From an uncultured Actinomycetota bacterium (GTDB lineage: Bacteria > Actinomycetota > Actinomycetes > Streptosporangiales > Streptosporangiaceae): a stretch of DNA of 64,000 bases. The first letter of the stretch is position 1, and every line of letters begins with the position of its first letter. The notes under the pieces are model-generated. The model worked only from the letters and a program-made list of their open reading frames with translations. It searched no databases and had not been told where the DNA came from. The position numbers and the translations under genes were made by a program. The stretch spans positions 290,578 through 354,577 of the forward strand of contig CAVTRT010000001.1 in assembly GCA_963737285.1 (NCBI GenBank), given 5' to 3'. Positions 31,888 through 40,796 of this stretch are shown piece by piece.

Positions 31888-32386
31888 CAAGGGCGATGTC
31901 AAGCGCGCGCTCCATGGCCGGACCGAAGCCCAGCCGGGAGGCGATGGTCTCCACCGCCTCGTCTGGGTACATCTCCATGTCGCTGGAGATCGCGGCGAGG
32001 TCCATCTCGTCCAGGCCCAGGTCGGCGAAGATAGAAAGGTCGCCAGCCGGGAGGATCTGGTCGATGTCCTCCTCAGCGGGGACCGGGATGTCGAGGTACT
32101 CAAGCACAGAGATGGCCAGCGGGTCGCCTTCCGCGGCGGCGGCGATGTCGGACAGCAGGACAGAAACCTGTCCGCTGAATATCCGGACCGCCACGAAGAA
32201 GTCGTCCGCCACGCCGGCGAAGCCGATAATCCCGGCGATGCTCGGCTGCTGGCGCAGCACGCGAAGCAGGCCCTGCAGGTCCGCCGTCACGGCCACCGGC
32301 AGCACGTCAGCGTCCCACCGGTCATCGTCTCGGTAGACGATGATCGCAAAGTCTGTGTCTGTCTCGCTCACCTCGGGCGTCGCCAT
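31880..32386 (-). CDS. tRNA adenosine deaminase-associated protein
   Basis: Acidic 168 aa, DFAIIVYR, DDFFVAVR, PAGDLSIFADLG, YPDE; overlaps tadA start. Confidence 0.85.
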   Translation of the reverse strand: MATPEVSETDTDFAIIVYRDDDRWDADVLPVAVTADLQGLLRVLRQQPSIAGIIGFAGVADDFFVAVRIFSGQVSVLLSDIAAAAEGDPLAISVLEYLDIPVPAEEDIDQILPAGDLSIFADLGLDEMDLAAISSDMEMYPDEAVETIASRLGFGPAMERALDIALGG

Positions 32387-32787
32387 GGTACAAGCATGCC
32401 TCCCCGGGGGGAGTGTTGTCAGATCGGCCAACCGCCTGCTGCCGAATCGGTACCTGCTTCGCGCACCAGTCATTCCGGCAGCCTGGCCAACTGGAACAAG
32501 TAGGAACGATCATGGACAAAGCTCCGCCGCCAGTGAGGTGACCGTGACCAGTGAGGCCGGCGTGTCGCCTTCCACCGCGCGACGGGTGGCCCCATACTTC
32601 GACGTGGGCAGCCGAACCCGGCACTGGAGGCGTAGCGCCGGCGGAAATCGGGCATACTGCTGCCTGACGGGACATGCAGGGTCAAGGGTCGCATCTCGCT
32701 CTACCCCTCGGCTTTGGGCGAGGACAGGCTTAAGATGAAAAGGGTATCCGGCAAGATGATGCAGTCTGCGATTCCAGGGAGTCGGCA

Positions 32788-32943
32788 GTGAAGCTTAGGC
32801 AAATTCTCACGTATGCGCTGATTGCCTTCGCCATATGGTGGGTCGTCCAAGAGCCTACGAACGCCGCGCACCTGATCCACAACATCGCGGGTCTCCTCAC
32901 GACCGCGGCGCATGGTCTCTCGAACTTCGTCGCACAAATATGA
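32788..32943 (+). CDS. Small membrane protein (51 aa), not in the ORF track
   Basis: AGGGAG RBS then GTG; MKLRQILTYALIAFAIWWVVQEPTNAAHLIHNIAGLLTTAAHGLSNFVAQI; stop lies 7 bp before next ATG. Confidence 0.75.
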   Translation: MKLRQILTYALIAFAIWWVVQEPTNAAHLIHNIAGLLTTAAHGLSNFVAQI

Positions 32944-32950
32944 GGTAGCG

Positions 32951-33481
32951 ATGGGCATTAGGATGGCGCCCAACTTCGATCGGGTGCCCCATACGGTGGA
33001 GAGGCACCTGCTGCCTCATGAGCGCAGCGTGCTGACTGTGCGCTTCCACCCGGCCGTCCTGATCAAGCCGGTGGGGGTCACCCTCGGGGCACTGGCGATC
33101 GTACTGGTGATCAGCGTGGTGCCCTTTATCGCCGGGGTAGTCAAACTAGTGTTCTGGCTAGTCTTCCTCGGCGTGCTGCTGTGGCTCAGCGTGCGGATCT
33201 GGGCCTGGCTTGAGGATTACTTCGTAGTAACCTCAAAGCGCCTTATTATGACCGCCGGGCTTTTCAACCGCACGGTCAAGATGATGCCGCTCGATAAAGT
33301 CAACGACATGAGCTTCAAGCGCTCCATTTGGGGCCGAGTGCTCGGCTACGGGGAGTTCGTCGTCGAATCCGCTGCCTCGGACCGGGTATTCCGTAGCATC
33401 ACCCCGCTGCCCTACCCTGAGCAGCTTTACCTAGAGGTCTGCGGCCTCATCTTCAAGGACTCGGGCGACTCGGACGACTAG
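32951..33481 (+). CDS. Bacterial PH-domain membrane protein (bPH_2-like)
   Basis: Two TM segments, YFVVTSKRLI, MMPLDKVNDM, GRVLGYGEFVVESA. Confidence 0.85.
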   Translation: MGIRMAPNFDRVPHTVERHLLPHERSVLTVRFHPAVLIKPVGVTLGALAIVLVISVVPFIAGVVKLVFWLVFLGVLLWLSVRIWAWLEDYFVVTSKRLIMTAGLFNRTVKMMPLDKVNDMSFKRSIWGRVLGYGEFVVESAASDRVFRSITPLPYPEQLYLEVCGLIFKDSGDSDD

Positions 33482-33551
33482 CTAGCGGGCACTGGCCGTG
33501 GCCGGTCTACCGGGCAAGCTTGCCTGGGAGACCGGCCACGCAACGTTCTGG

Positions 33552-34598
33552 CTAATGGAACTGGGTGAGCCAGGCCGCGGCGGCGATCGCGGACCCGCGG
33601 GCTCCAGCCATGTCCAGGTCGGGAACCAGGGTGATTTCCGTCACTGCCGCCTGCTCGAGGTAGACGCTGGTGTGCTCTCGCACCGTGGCGAGGAACCAGT
33701 CGCGGAAGTGCGAGGCCGCCTCGATCACGCCGCCGCCGACAAAGTACACGTCCGGGTCGGTGAACTTCGCGGCGACCGAGAACACCCGCCCGATGGCCAT
33801 CGCCTGCTGCCTGAAGATCTGCAGCGCCATGTCGTCGCCCTTCTCGGCGTAGCCGCGAACTGCCTTCGCCGCCGCGTCGATGGGCAGGGCCGCCAGTTCA
33901 TGGTCTGGGTAGCGGGTCAGCCAGTAGGGCAGGAGGTTGCGCCTGATGCCAGTGAGCGATGCGAACGACTCGGCGTCGCCGAGGTTCCCGCAGTTGCAGG
34001 AAGGCACCGGCTGTCCCTCCTCCAACAGCCCGTCCACCCGGATCGGGAAGTGGCCGAGCTCGCCAGCCATGCCCGCCGCACCACTGACGACCTGTCCGCT
34101 CGCGACCACTCCGCCCCCGAGGCCGGTTCCCACGATCGCGGCCACCGAGCCGTACTGGGCCGCCGCGGCGCCGAACCTGACGTGGTGTGCGTACAGGGCG
34201 GCTGCGTTGGCGTCGTTGTTGTAAATGACCGGAATGCCCAGCCGCTCCTCGAACGCCTCCCTGATGTCGAACGCACCCCACGCGGGGTGCCCGAAGTTCG
34301 TCGCGCCCTTGGACGCCAGGACTCCCGTCGCGCTGGCCGGCCCGGGCGTGTCCAGCCCGACGGCACGCACCGCTGACATGGGGATCCCGGTCATCGTCAG
34401 CACCTTGTCAACGGTGTCCGTCAGCGCGCCGATCGCCTTCTCCGGACCCTCGCGGACAAGACTGGGCAACTCCGCCATCGCGTTCACCAGGAAGTTGCCG
34501 TGCGAGTCCAAGACGGTTCCGTTGTTTGAGGTGCCGCCATTATCGACACCGACAGTGACCCAGTCACCGAATCCCGTCATCCCGCCCGGTACTACCAT
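33552..34598 (-). CDS. ROK family sugar kinase
   Basis: GVDNGGT, NNDANAAAL, GTGLGGG, GELGH, CNCG..GDAE; AAGGAGG RBS. Confidence 0.9.
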   Translation of the reverse strand: MVVPGGMTGFGDWVTVGVDNGGTSNNGTVLDSHGNFLVNAMAELPSLVREGPEKAIGALTDTVDKVLTMTGIPMSAVRAVGLDTPGPASATGVLASKGATNFGHPAWGAFDIREAFEERLGIPVIYNNDANAAALYAHHVRFGAAAAQYGSVAAIVGTGLGGGVVASGQVVSGAAGMAGELGHFPIRVDGLLEEGQPVPSCNCGNLGDAESFASLTGIRRNLLPYWLTRYPDHELAALPIDAAAKAVRGYAEKGDDMALQIFRQQAMAIGRVFSVAAKFTDPDVYFVGGGVIEAASHFRDWFLATVREHTSVYLEQAAVTEITLVPDLDMAGARGSAIAAAAWLTQFH

Positions 34599-34756
34599 GA
34601 AGCCTCCTTCTGCGCCTGCGTCGGACTGACGGTATCCCAAGGTCAGGCCTGCGTGCACGCCCAGGTACCTATCGGCCGAAAGCCGATAGGTACAAAGGCC
34701 AGCCGGACGGCCGTTTACCGTTTTCAGCGGGCTGTCCGGCATCCCGCGATGGCCTG

Positions 34757-35470
34757 TTAGGTGCCGGCCACTACGGTTGAGATGCCGATCGCGAAGACCG
34801 GCTTGGCGCAGGTCTGGCCCTTATAGGGCAGGTAGACAGGCACGGTCTGGCCCGGCGGGTAAACCTGCAGGTAGTTGCCAGTGGTCGGGTCGCAAGTCGC
34901 GGTCGGGTAGTTAAGTACGTCGACAAGCTGCAGGCTCGCGCTGGCCGTGGCGCCCGCGGCGAGCGTGATGACCATCTTCGGCTTGGATGCTGACTTACTG
35001 GCCGCGGCGCCGACCTGGCTTCCGGTTGTCATGCTGGTCGTCAAGGCGACGCCCGGGTAGCCGTAGAGCACGCAGGTGCGGCCCGAGGTATTGGTGAAGT
35101 CGAGCTGCAGGTACGCCGAGCCCGCTGCCGCCCCAATCGCCATCTCGGTCACCTTCAGGCCCGAGGTCGGGCACGGCAGGACCGCAAGTCCGCCAGCCGA
35201 CGCTGAGGACGCGCTCGGGGACGGGCTGGCGGCCGGGCTGCTGCTGGCCGGGCTGCTGGCGGCCGGGCTAGTGCTCCCACTGCCCGGCTGGCCGCTTGAT
35301 GAGGTTTGCGCCGGGGTACCAGTGGCGACCGCTGCCCCGGACTTCGTGCTCGATGTCGTGGGCGCCTGCGAGTTGGCGGGACTTCCGGACGACGTACAGC
35401 CGACGACGAGAGCAGCCATGCCGATTCCGGCTAGGGACGCTGCCAGGGAGTTAGTCGCTGTGAGTCTCAT
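34757..35470 (-). CDS. DUF4232-like lipoprotein
   Basis: Lipobox VVGC, Ser-rich linker (SSPAA repeats), GAAAGS..L.FTN.S..C.L.GYPGV, VYPPGQT. Confidence 0.8.
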   Translation of the reverse strand: MRLTATNSLAASLAGIGMAALVVGCTSSGSPANSQAPTTSSTKSGAAVATGTPAQTSSSGQPGSGSTSPAASSPASSSPAASPSPSASSASAGGLAVLPCPTSGLKVTEMAIGAAAGSAYLQLDFTNTSGRTCVLYGYPGVALTTSMTTGSQVGAAASKSASKPKMVITLAAGATASASLQLVDVLNYPTATCDPTTGNYLQVYPPGQTVPVYLPYKGQTCAKPVFAIGISTVVAGT

Positions 35471-35609
35471 GATCTATAAGACGCTACCCAGGCCCCTCCG
35501 GTTGAACGCGCTGGTGACGAGACTCACCCCGCCACCGTCGCCGGCACCACATCCGGCAACGCGCCGTCACGCGATACCAAAAGGCAAGTAGGGCACAAAT
35601 GACAACTGA

Positions 35610-35624
35610 AACACTCTGAGTAGC
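35610..35624. promoter_or_regulatory. BldD-box-like palindrome
   Basis: AACACTCTGAGTAGC; 9-bp core matches NTNACNCWGNGTNAN, 2 outer mismatches. Confidence 0.5.
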
Positions 35625-35734
35625 GCGCTACAACACGCCACTGCATACAAAATCCCTCACCATGCGCGCAGGCGCTGCTACCTTCTGTGCTGATCGGCTG
35701 GCCATCCGCCAGCCACGCCAGGAAGGGGAACGTC

Positions 35735-36298
35735 ATGCACCAGCTACACGCAGCCAGGACCTCCACCCGCGCGCGCGCTATCGCCACGCTGTCCGCCGTA
35801 GCCGCCACCGCCATCACCGCCGCCCTGGCCACCGCGCCCGCCGCCCACGCCACCGACGCCCCCACACCCCCCCAGCTATCGGGCCGCATAACCCAGGCGA
35901 TCACCGACGACGGCCTCGACGTTCAGGTCATCAACGGCTGGGAGGCAGTCGCTGGCCCCGCCGCCAGCATCGACAGCGTCCAGGCCCTGGCCACCTCCTA
36001 CAGCGTCGGCACCATCGCCGACTACACCGGCCCCGACGAGACCGGCCAGGCAATCCTCATCTTCACCGGCAACCAGCAGGTCGGCATGGGATTGCGGATC
36101 ACCGGCGCCACCATCGCCAGCGCCGACAACGACACCAGCCAGATGTGGTACGTCTTCCACGACAACGACACCTTTGACGCCGCCATCCCCCCCGGCACCG
36201 CCATGAACATCCCCCTCGCCGACCTCCTCGACTTCAACACCTCCCTGGGCACCGGCCAAGACGTCCTCGCAGGACAAGCGTTCTACCTAGCGGGCTAG
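35735..36298 (+). CDS. Secreted acidic hypothetical protein
   Basis: GGAAGGGG RBS, signal peptide ending AHA, strong C-ending codon bias; no family recognised. Confidence 0.75.
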   Translation: MHQLHAARTSTRARAIATLSAVAATAITAALATAPAAHATDAPTPPQLSGRITQAITDDGLDVQVINGWEAVAGPAASIDSVQALATSYSVGTIADYTGPDETGQAILIFTGNQQVGMGLRITGATIASADNDTSQMWYVFHDNDTFDAAIPPGTAMNIPLADLLDFNTSLGTGQDVLAGQAFYLAG

Positions 36299-36605
36299 GA
36301 ACACGCAATTCACTGCCGACTCGTGGAGCCGGCCGTCACCCGGCACGACACGCCGACTCTCGCCATGCCCGCAACCGCAAACTATTCACCGTTATCAAAC
36401 GGAGAATCTCGTACTAACACCCAACTACCAAAATCCTTGGGGGCTATCGGGCACTGCCCATCCCGCATAGTGCCCGAAAACCCCTGACCAGGGGCCGGTA
36501 GGGCCTCGGGACACGGCTGAAGGGTCCTTGACAAGGACCCAGACATCACTGATACCTTCCGTGCTCGTGAAGTAACAGAATGCAACCGAAAGGAATGGTG
36601 ACTCT

Positions 36606-37313
36606 TTGGACTTCCTGAGTCCAATCAACAAGCGCAGGGCCACAGGCCTGGTGGGCGCCTGCGCGCTAGTGCTCGGCGGGATCGCCAGCGCAGTCGTCGC
36701 CGGGGCCGGCGCCGCGGACGCCGCGACGTGCACGGGCACCGCCGCCGGCACGCCCTGCGTGATCACGGGAACGGCCGACCTGGGGGACGGGTCCCTGAGC
36801 ACGACCGTGCCGGGCTCCCTGACGTGGGCCACCACGATGAACGGCCTTAGCCAGAACCTGTTCGACTCCACCCCGGCAGACGAGGGCTACGTGGTCAATG
36901 ACGCCACGGGAAGCGGCCTCGGCTGGAACGTCACCGTGTCCGCCACGACCTTTTCCGCGGGCACGGCACTGGGCTCCCCAGCGCTGCCGGACACTGGAAC
37001 GTTCTCCACTACCGGGAGCATCACCAGTCCGCTGGACACCACGGCCCCGAGCAAGGCCTGCACGGGCGGCCCCGGCACTTGCACGCTGCCGAGTCAGCAC
37101 GTGGTGGCCTACCCGGTGGCCATTCCCACCGCGGCCTTCGCGCCGGTGCCAGTAACCGTCTACGAGGCGGAGGGGGGCACCGGGCTCGGATCGGTGAACA
37201 TCGGCGGAAGCGCGTCGGTGGATCCGGTCGGCTGGTGGCTCCACGTGCCAGGTAGCGCCACGCCCGGCACGTACACGTCAACCATCACCATCAACGTCGT
37301 CTCCGGGCCGTAG
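36606..37313 (+). CDS. Secreted WxL-like subunit 1
   Basis: Signal peptide; VNDATGSGLGWNVTVSATTF and terminal LHVPGSATPGTYTSTITINVVSGP resemble WxL domain motifs. Confidence 0.75.
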   Translation: MDFLSPINKRRATGLVGACALVLGGIASAVVAGAGAADAATCTGTAAGTPCVITGTADLGDGSLSTTVPGSLTWATTMNGLSQNLFDSTPADEGYVVNDATGSGLGWNVTVSATTFSAGTALGSPALPDTGTFSTTGSITSPLDTTAPSKACTGGPGTCTLPSQHVVAYPVAIPTAAFAPVPVTVYEAEGGTGLGSVNIGGSASVDPVGWWLHVPGSATPGTYTSTITINVVSGP

Positions 37314-37333
37314 CTGACCAAGGCACACCACTA

Positions 37334-37367
37334 CGGGGTGCGTCCCGGCGAGCCGGGACGCACCCCG
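37334..37367 (+). terminator. Perfect 16-bp-stem hairpin between subunit 1 and its partner gene
   Basis: CGGGGTGCGTCCCGGC-GA-GCCGGGACGCACCCCG followed by CTTT. Confidence 0.85.
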
Positions 37368-37388
37368 CTTTACGTGGAGGCCATCATA

Positions 37389-37403
37389 GTTACTTTGTGT
37401 TAT
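37389..37403. promoter_or_regulatory. BldD-box-like palindrome
   Basis: GTTACTTTGTGTTAT, 1 mismatch to NTNACNCWGNGTNAN. Confidence 0.5.
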
Positions 37404-37458
37404 CATTCGTGTTCACAGCGCACCTGGCGGGTGTGCGGGCTGACGGGAGGCGAGGCTG

Positions 37459-38546
37459 ATGGGAGGGTCCAGCCGGCTAGCGGCATGGGTGCGGCGGGCG
37501 GTGATGCCGGCGTCAGCGGCCGGGTTCGCGGCGCTGTCGCTCGGGCTGGCGCCGCTGGCCGTCGCGAGCCCCGGGCAGGCATCCAGTGGCCCGGGCATGG
37601 GCGGCGTGGGCATCGCCGGGACATTCGGCCTCGCACCGGCTCCGGCCCGCAGGGCCAGCTCACGCCCTACTTCCAGCTGGCCGTCGCCCCCGGGGCGGCT
37701 GTCACGGCCACGGTCGTCGTTGCCAACCTGGCCCGGCAGGCCCAGACGCTGGCCCTCAGCCACGCCATCGGCGTCACCGCTGGCAACGGCGGCAGCGCCT
37801 ACGTTCCTGCCGCCAGGCGATGCTCTGGCCCGGCCTGCTGGGTGACCGGGCTGCCGAGCCGCATCACGCTTCCCGCTGGCTACCGCGAGCTGGTGACCTT
37901 CACGGTGCGCGTCCCGCGTCGGACCCCGCCCGGCCAGTACCTGACCGGCATCGCCGCCGCGCCTGCCAGCCGGCCGACGTCGGTGAAACTCGGCACGAGC
38001 GGGCCCGCATCAGCGGGGGCGGTCATCCTCCATATGGTGACGGTCGGCGTGGCGATCACTGTCGGTGACCTATCCTCCCTGTCGAGCCGACTGTCGATTC
38101 GCGGCGTGCAGGGGACGACCGAGGGACCGGTTGCCCGCCTCAACATCAGCCTGTACAACACCGGTCAGGCTTTCGCCAAGGGCTCTGGCCAGGCATCGTG
38201 CCGGGCGGCAGGCCGGCCGAGCTCCTACCCCGTCTACGCGGGTACCGTGCTGCCCGGCGATCACGCGCTCATCGCGGTCAACGCGCCGGGCCTCCCGGAG
38301 GGCGCGAGCGTGCCGTGCACGGTCGCGGTCCGGTACGGCAAGAGCCAGGTCGTCAGCTGGTCCGGCCTGGTCGCCATACCCGGCAGCCCGAGGGAGCGCG
38401 TCGTCCAGACTGGCAAGGGCGCCTACACCGTGATTTCTCCCCAGAACGGGATCCCCGGCTGGGGAATCACGCTGATCGTCATCGGCTTGCTGCTGCTGGC
38501 CGCAGTCAGCGTCCTGCTCTACCGGCAGCGGCGGCTGCGCTCATAA
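37459..38546 (+). CDS. DUF916/DUF3324-like membrane-anchored partner 1 (frameshift ~37645)
   Basis: Signal peptide in ORF 37459..; body in ORF ..38546: YFQLAVAPG, ITLPAG...FTVRVP..TPPGQYLTGI, YNTG, C-terminal TM plus RQRRLRS tail. Confidence 0.65.
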
Positions 38547-38587
38547 CCACGAGAGCTGCCCGCAGTTGGCGCTGGCTCGCCGGGACG

Positions 38588-39620
38588 CTAGAGGCCGCTG
38601 TAGCGTCGGCGGCGCGCCAGCACCGCCCACAGGCTGAGCAGGATGAGGCTGCAAAGGACGATCAAGGCGATCGCCCAGCCGGGGACGCCCCCGCCCTGCG
38701 GGGCCACGAAGTCGTTGGGGGCGATCTCCTTGGTGGCGGCGGTCACGGTAGTGGGCACGGTCACCGTCCCGGTCCAGACGGCGATGCGCCCGCTGCTGTC
38801 GATGACGCGCGCCGCGCACCGCCAGGCACCTGAGTGCAGGCCGGCCTCCCCGTTGACGGGGAGCGCCGGCGCCCTGTCCCGGCAGCACGGTGTCCATGAA
38901 GAGCCGGAACGAGTGGGTGGCCGCGCCAAGCGAGCACGCGATCATCCCGGTGGCCTTGGTGAACCGCTGGCCGGCATTCCGCACCCGCACGGTGAGCCGG
39001 ACCTGCCCGTCGACCCATCCGGCGGTGACGCCGGTGAGCTCCGTCTTGGCACGCAGCGCGGCGAGCTGGCCGACGGTGACCGCGACGCCGATGACTACCC
39101 GGGAGACGATGAGCACCCGGGAAGACGTGTGTCCGCTGGAGCGGAACTGGACCGGTTGCGGTGGCACGTCCGGGGTGGCGACGATGCCCGCCAGGTACTG
39201 GGCCCGCGGCACGCCGGCCGGGACCGTGACCCGGAACCGCAGCCAGTCCTGGCTGTGCGGTGGCAGCGTGATGACCCGCGGGATTCCGGTCACCCAGCAG
39301 GCAACCCCGGCGCAGCGTGGGTCGAGGGCGTTGTAGGCGCTGCCCGAGTCTGACGCGGTAGTGCCGTCTACCACGCCTACGCGCAGGCGCTGCGTCACCG
39401 GCTTATTGTTACCGAAGACGACGACGTCGGTGGCGGAACGGCCCGGTGAGATCGACAAGATGAAGTAGCCCCTCTGCTGGCCACTGGCCTGGGGCGCGGG
39501 AGCCACCGTGTAAGGCTGCGCCGGCGGCGGCGTCGCGATGGCCTGGCCCGCGGGGCCGACCGCGAAGAGCCCTGCGGCGATCACGACACCCGCGGCGGCT
39601 GCTGGCATGCGCCTGCGCAT
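38588..39620 (-). CDS. DUF916/DUF3324-like membrane-anchored partner 2 (frameshift ~38868)
   Basis: Paralogue of partner 1: YFILSISPG, SGSAY, CAGVACWVTG, FRVTVP...QYLAGI, RNAG, TVLPG; TM plus RRRR tail in ORF 38588..38929. Confidence 0.65.
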
Positions 39621-39681
39621 GGAACAACTCCTTCTGAGCACGACGCTCCTATGATTGCTATGGCCTATGACTTCTAGACAG

Positions 39682-39766
39682 CACTGGCGAGTGCCGCCGC
39701 GCTCGCGCGACGGCACTCCCGTCAGTGGTGCGGCTGCTGGCCGCCGCGACGGCCGCCAGCAGCCGC
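39682..39766 (-). terminator. Tandem hairpins between subunit 2 and its partner gene
   Basis: CACTGGCG.AGTGCCG...CGGCACT..GTCAGTG (39682-39727) and GCGGCTGCTGGC...GCCAGCAGCCGC (39730-39766). Confidence 0.7.
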
Positions 39767-39772
39767 CATGAG

Positions 39773-40498
39773 TCACGGCCCCGCGGAGACCGTCGTCGTG
39801 ATGGTCGAGGTGTAGGTGTCCGCCGGGAGGGTGGCCGGCAGCGTCACCGACCAGACCGCTGGGTTGGTGGCAGGGACGGCGAGATTCGACCCGACCTGGA
39901 CAGTGCCGGTGCCAGTGCCCGCCGTCGCGTTGTAGATCTTGACCGACGTCGTCCCATCAGTCGGGATGAACAGCGGGAAGGTCGTTAGGCTGGTTGTCGC
40001 GGGTACGCAGCCGCCTGCGGTGACGCAGACCGAGCTCGGCACGTTGGCAGCGGTGCCTGTGGTGCCGCCGCCGCCGAAGGCGAGCACCTGGCCGCCGGTG
40101 GTATCCGGGATCGGGCCGTGAGTAGAGCCGAAGGCCGTGGCGGTCGCGGTGATGTTCCAGCCCGAGCCGGTGTCAGCGGCGGCCAGGCCACGCAGGTCAA
40201 GGACGTCGAGCGCCGTGTCCGAGTCGAGCGTGTCGTAGATTGTCTGGGTCGCCCCGGTGATGTGGGCTCCCCAGGTGAGCGTGGGCGGTGCCACCATCGT
40301 CAGGGTGCCGGTGGTCAGGGTCACGGTGCCCGCCGAAGTACACGAGGGCAGCGAGCCTGCCCCCGCCAGCGAACATACGGCCGCGCGAGCCGGTCCCGGC
40401 ATCGCGACAGCGGCGCCGCCGGCGGCGAGGGCCACCGTCAGCATGGCCACGCTCGTCTTCCGGCCGAGGCGCCGTCGGACAGCGTTTCGAACGATCAT
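39773..40498 (-). CDS. Secreted WxL-like subunit 2
   Basis: Signal ending ARA; VLDLRG...GSGWNITATATAF, WSVTLPATLPADTYTSTITTTVSAGP; paralogue of subunit 1. Confidence 0.75.
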   Translation of the reverse strand: MIVRNAVRRRLGRKTSVAMLTVALAAGGAAVAMPGPARAAVCSLAGAGSLPSCTSAGTVTLTTGTLTMVAPPTLTWGAHITGATQTIYDTLDSDTALDVLDLRGLAAADTGSGWNITATATAFGSTHGPIPDTTGGQVLAFGGGGTTGTAANVPSSVCVTAGGCVPATTSLTTFPLFIPTDGTTSVKIYNATAGTGTGTVQVGSNLAVPATNPAVWSVTLPATLPADTYTSTITTTVSAGP

Positions 40499-40589
40499 TC
40501 TTAATCCCCCGTAGCTGAGGCGAAACGCCTCATGAAGTTACCCGCGCATCCCCCTGCGCGGGCTAGTGACGACTCATCGTAATTGATTT

Positions 40590-40604
40590 ATCACTCTCTG
40601 TAAA
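40590..40604. promoter_or_regulatory. BldD-box-like palindrome
   Basis: ATCACTCTCTGTAAA, 1 mismatch; AT-rich context ~90 bp upstream of subunit 2. Confidence 0.55.
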
Positions 40605-40796
40605 TATTTTCGGTGGCCGCCAGTAGCCGGCGTGGGCCAGGGCATGCTTGCAGTAAATGGCGAGGCCGGCCCTGACTAGCAGCAGCCCACACCCACACCC
40701 GCAGCCACGGCCACGGCGTCTCTCGCCCAAGCAGCAGGCCGATTGACCCGGTCGAGAGATTCACGATGCCCGCGACCCTTACGGTCGCTGCGGTGC

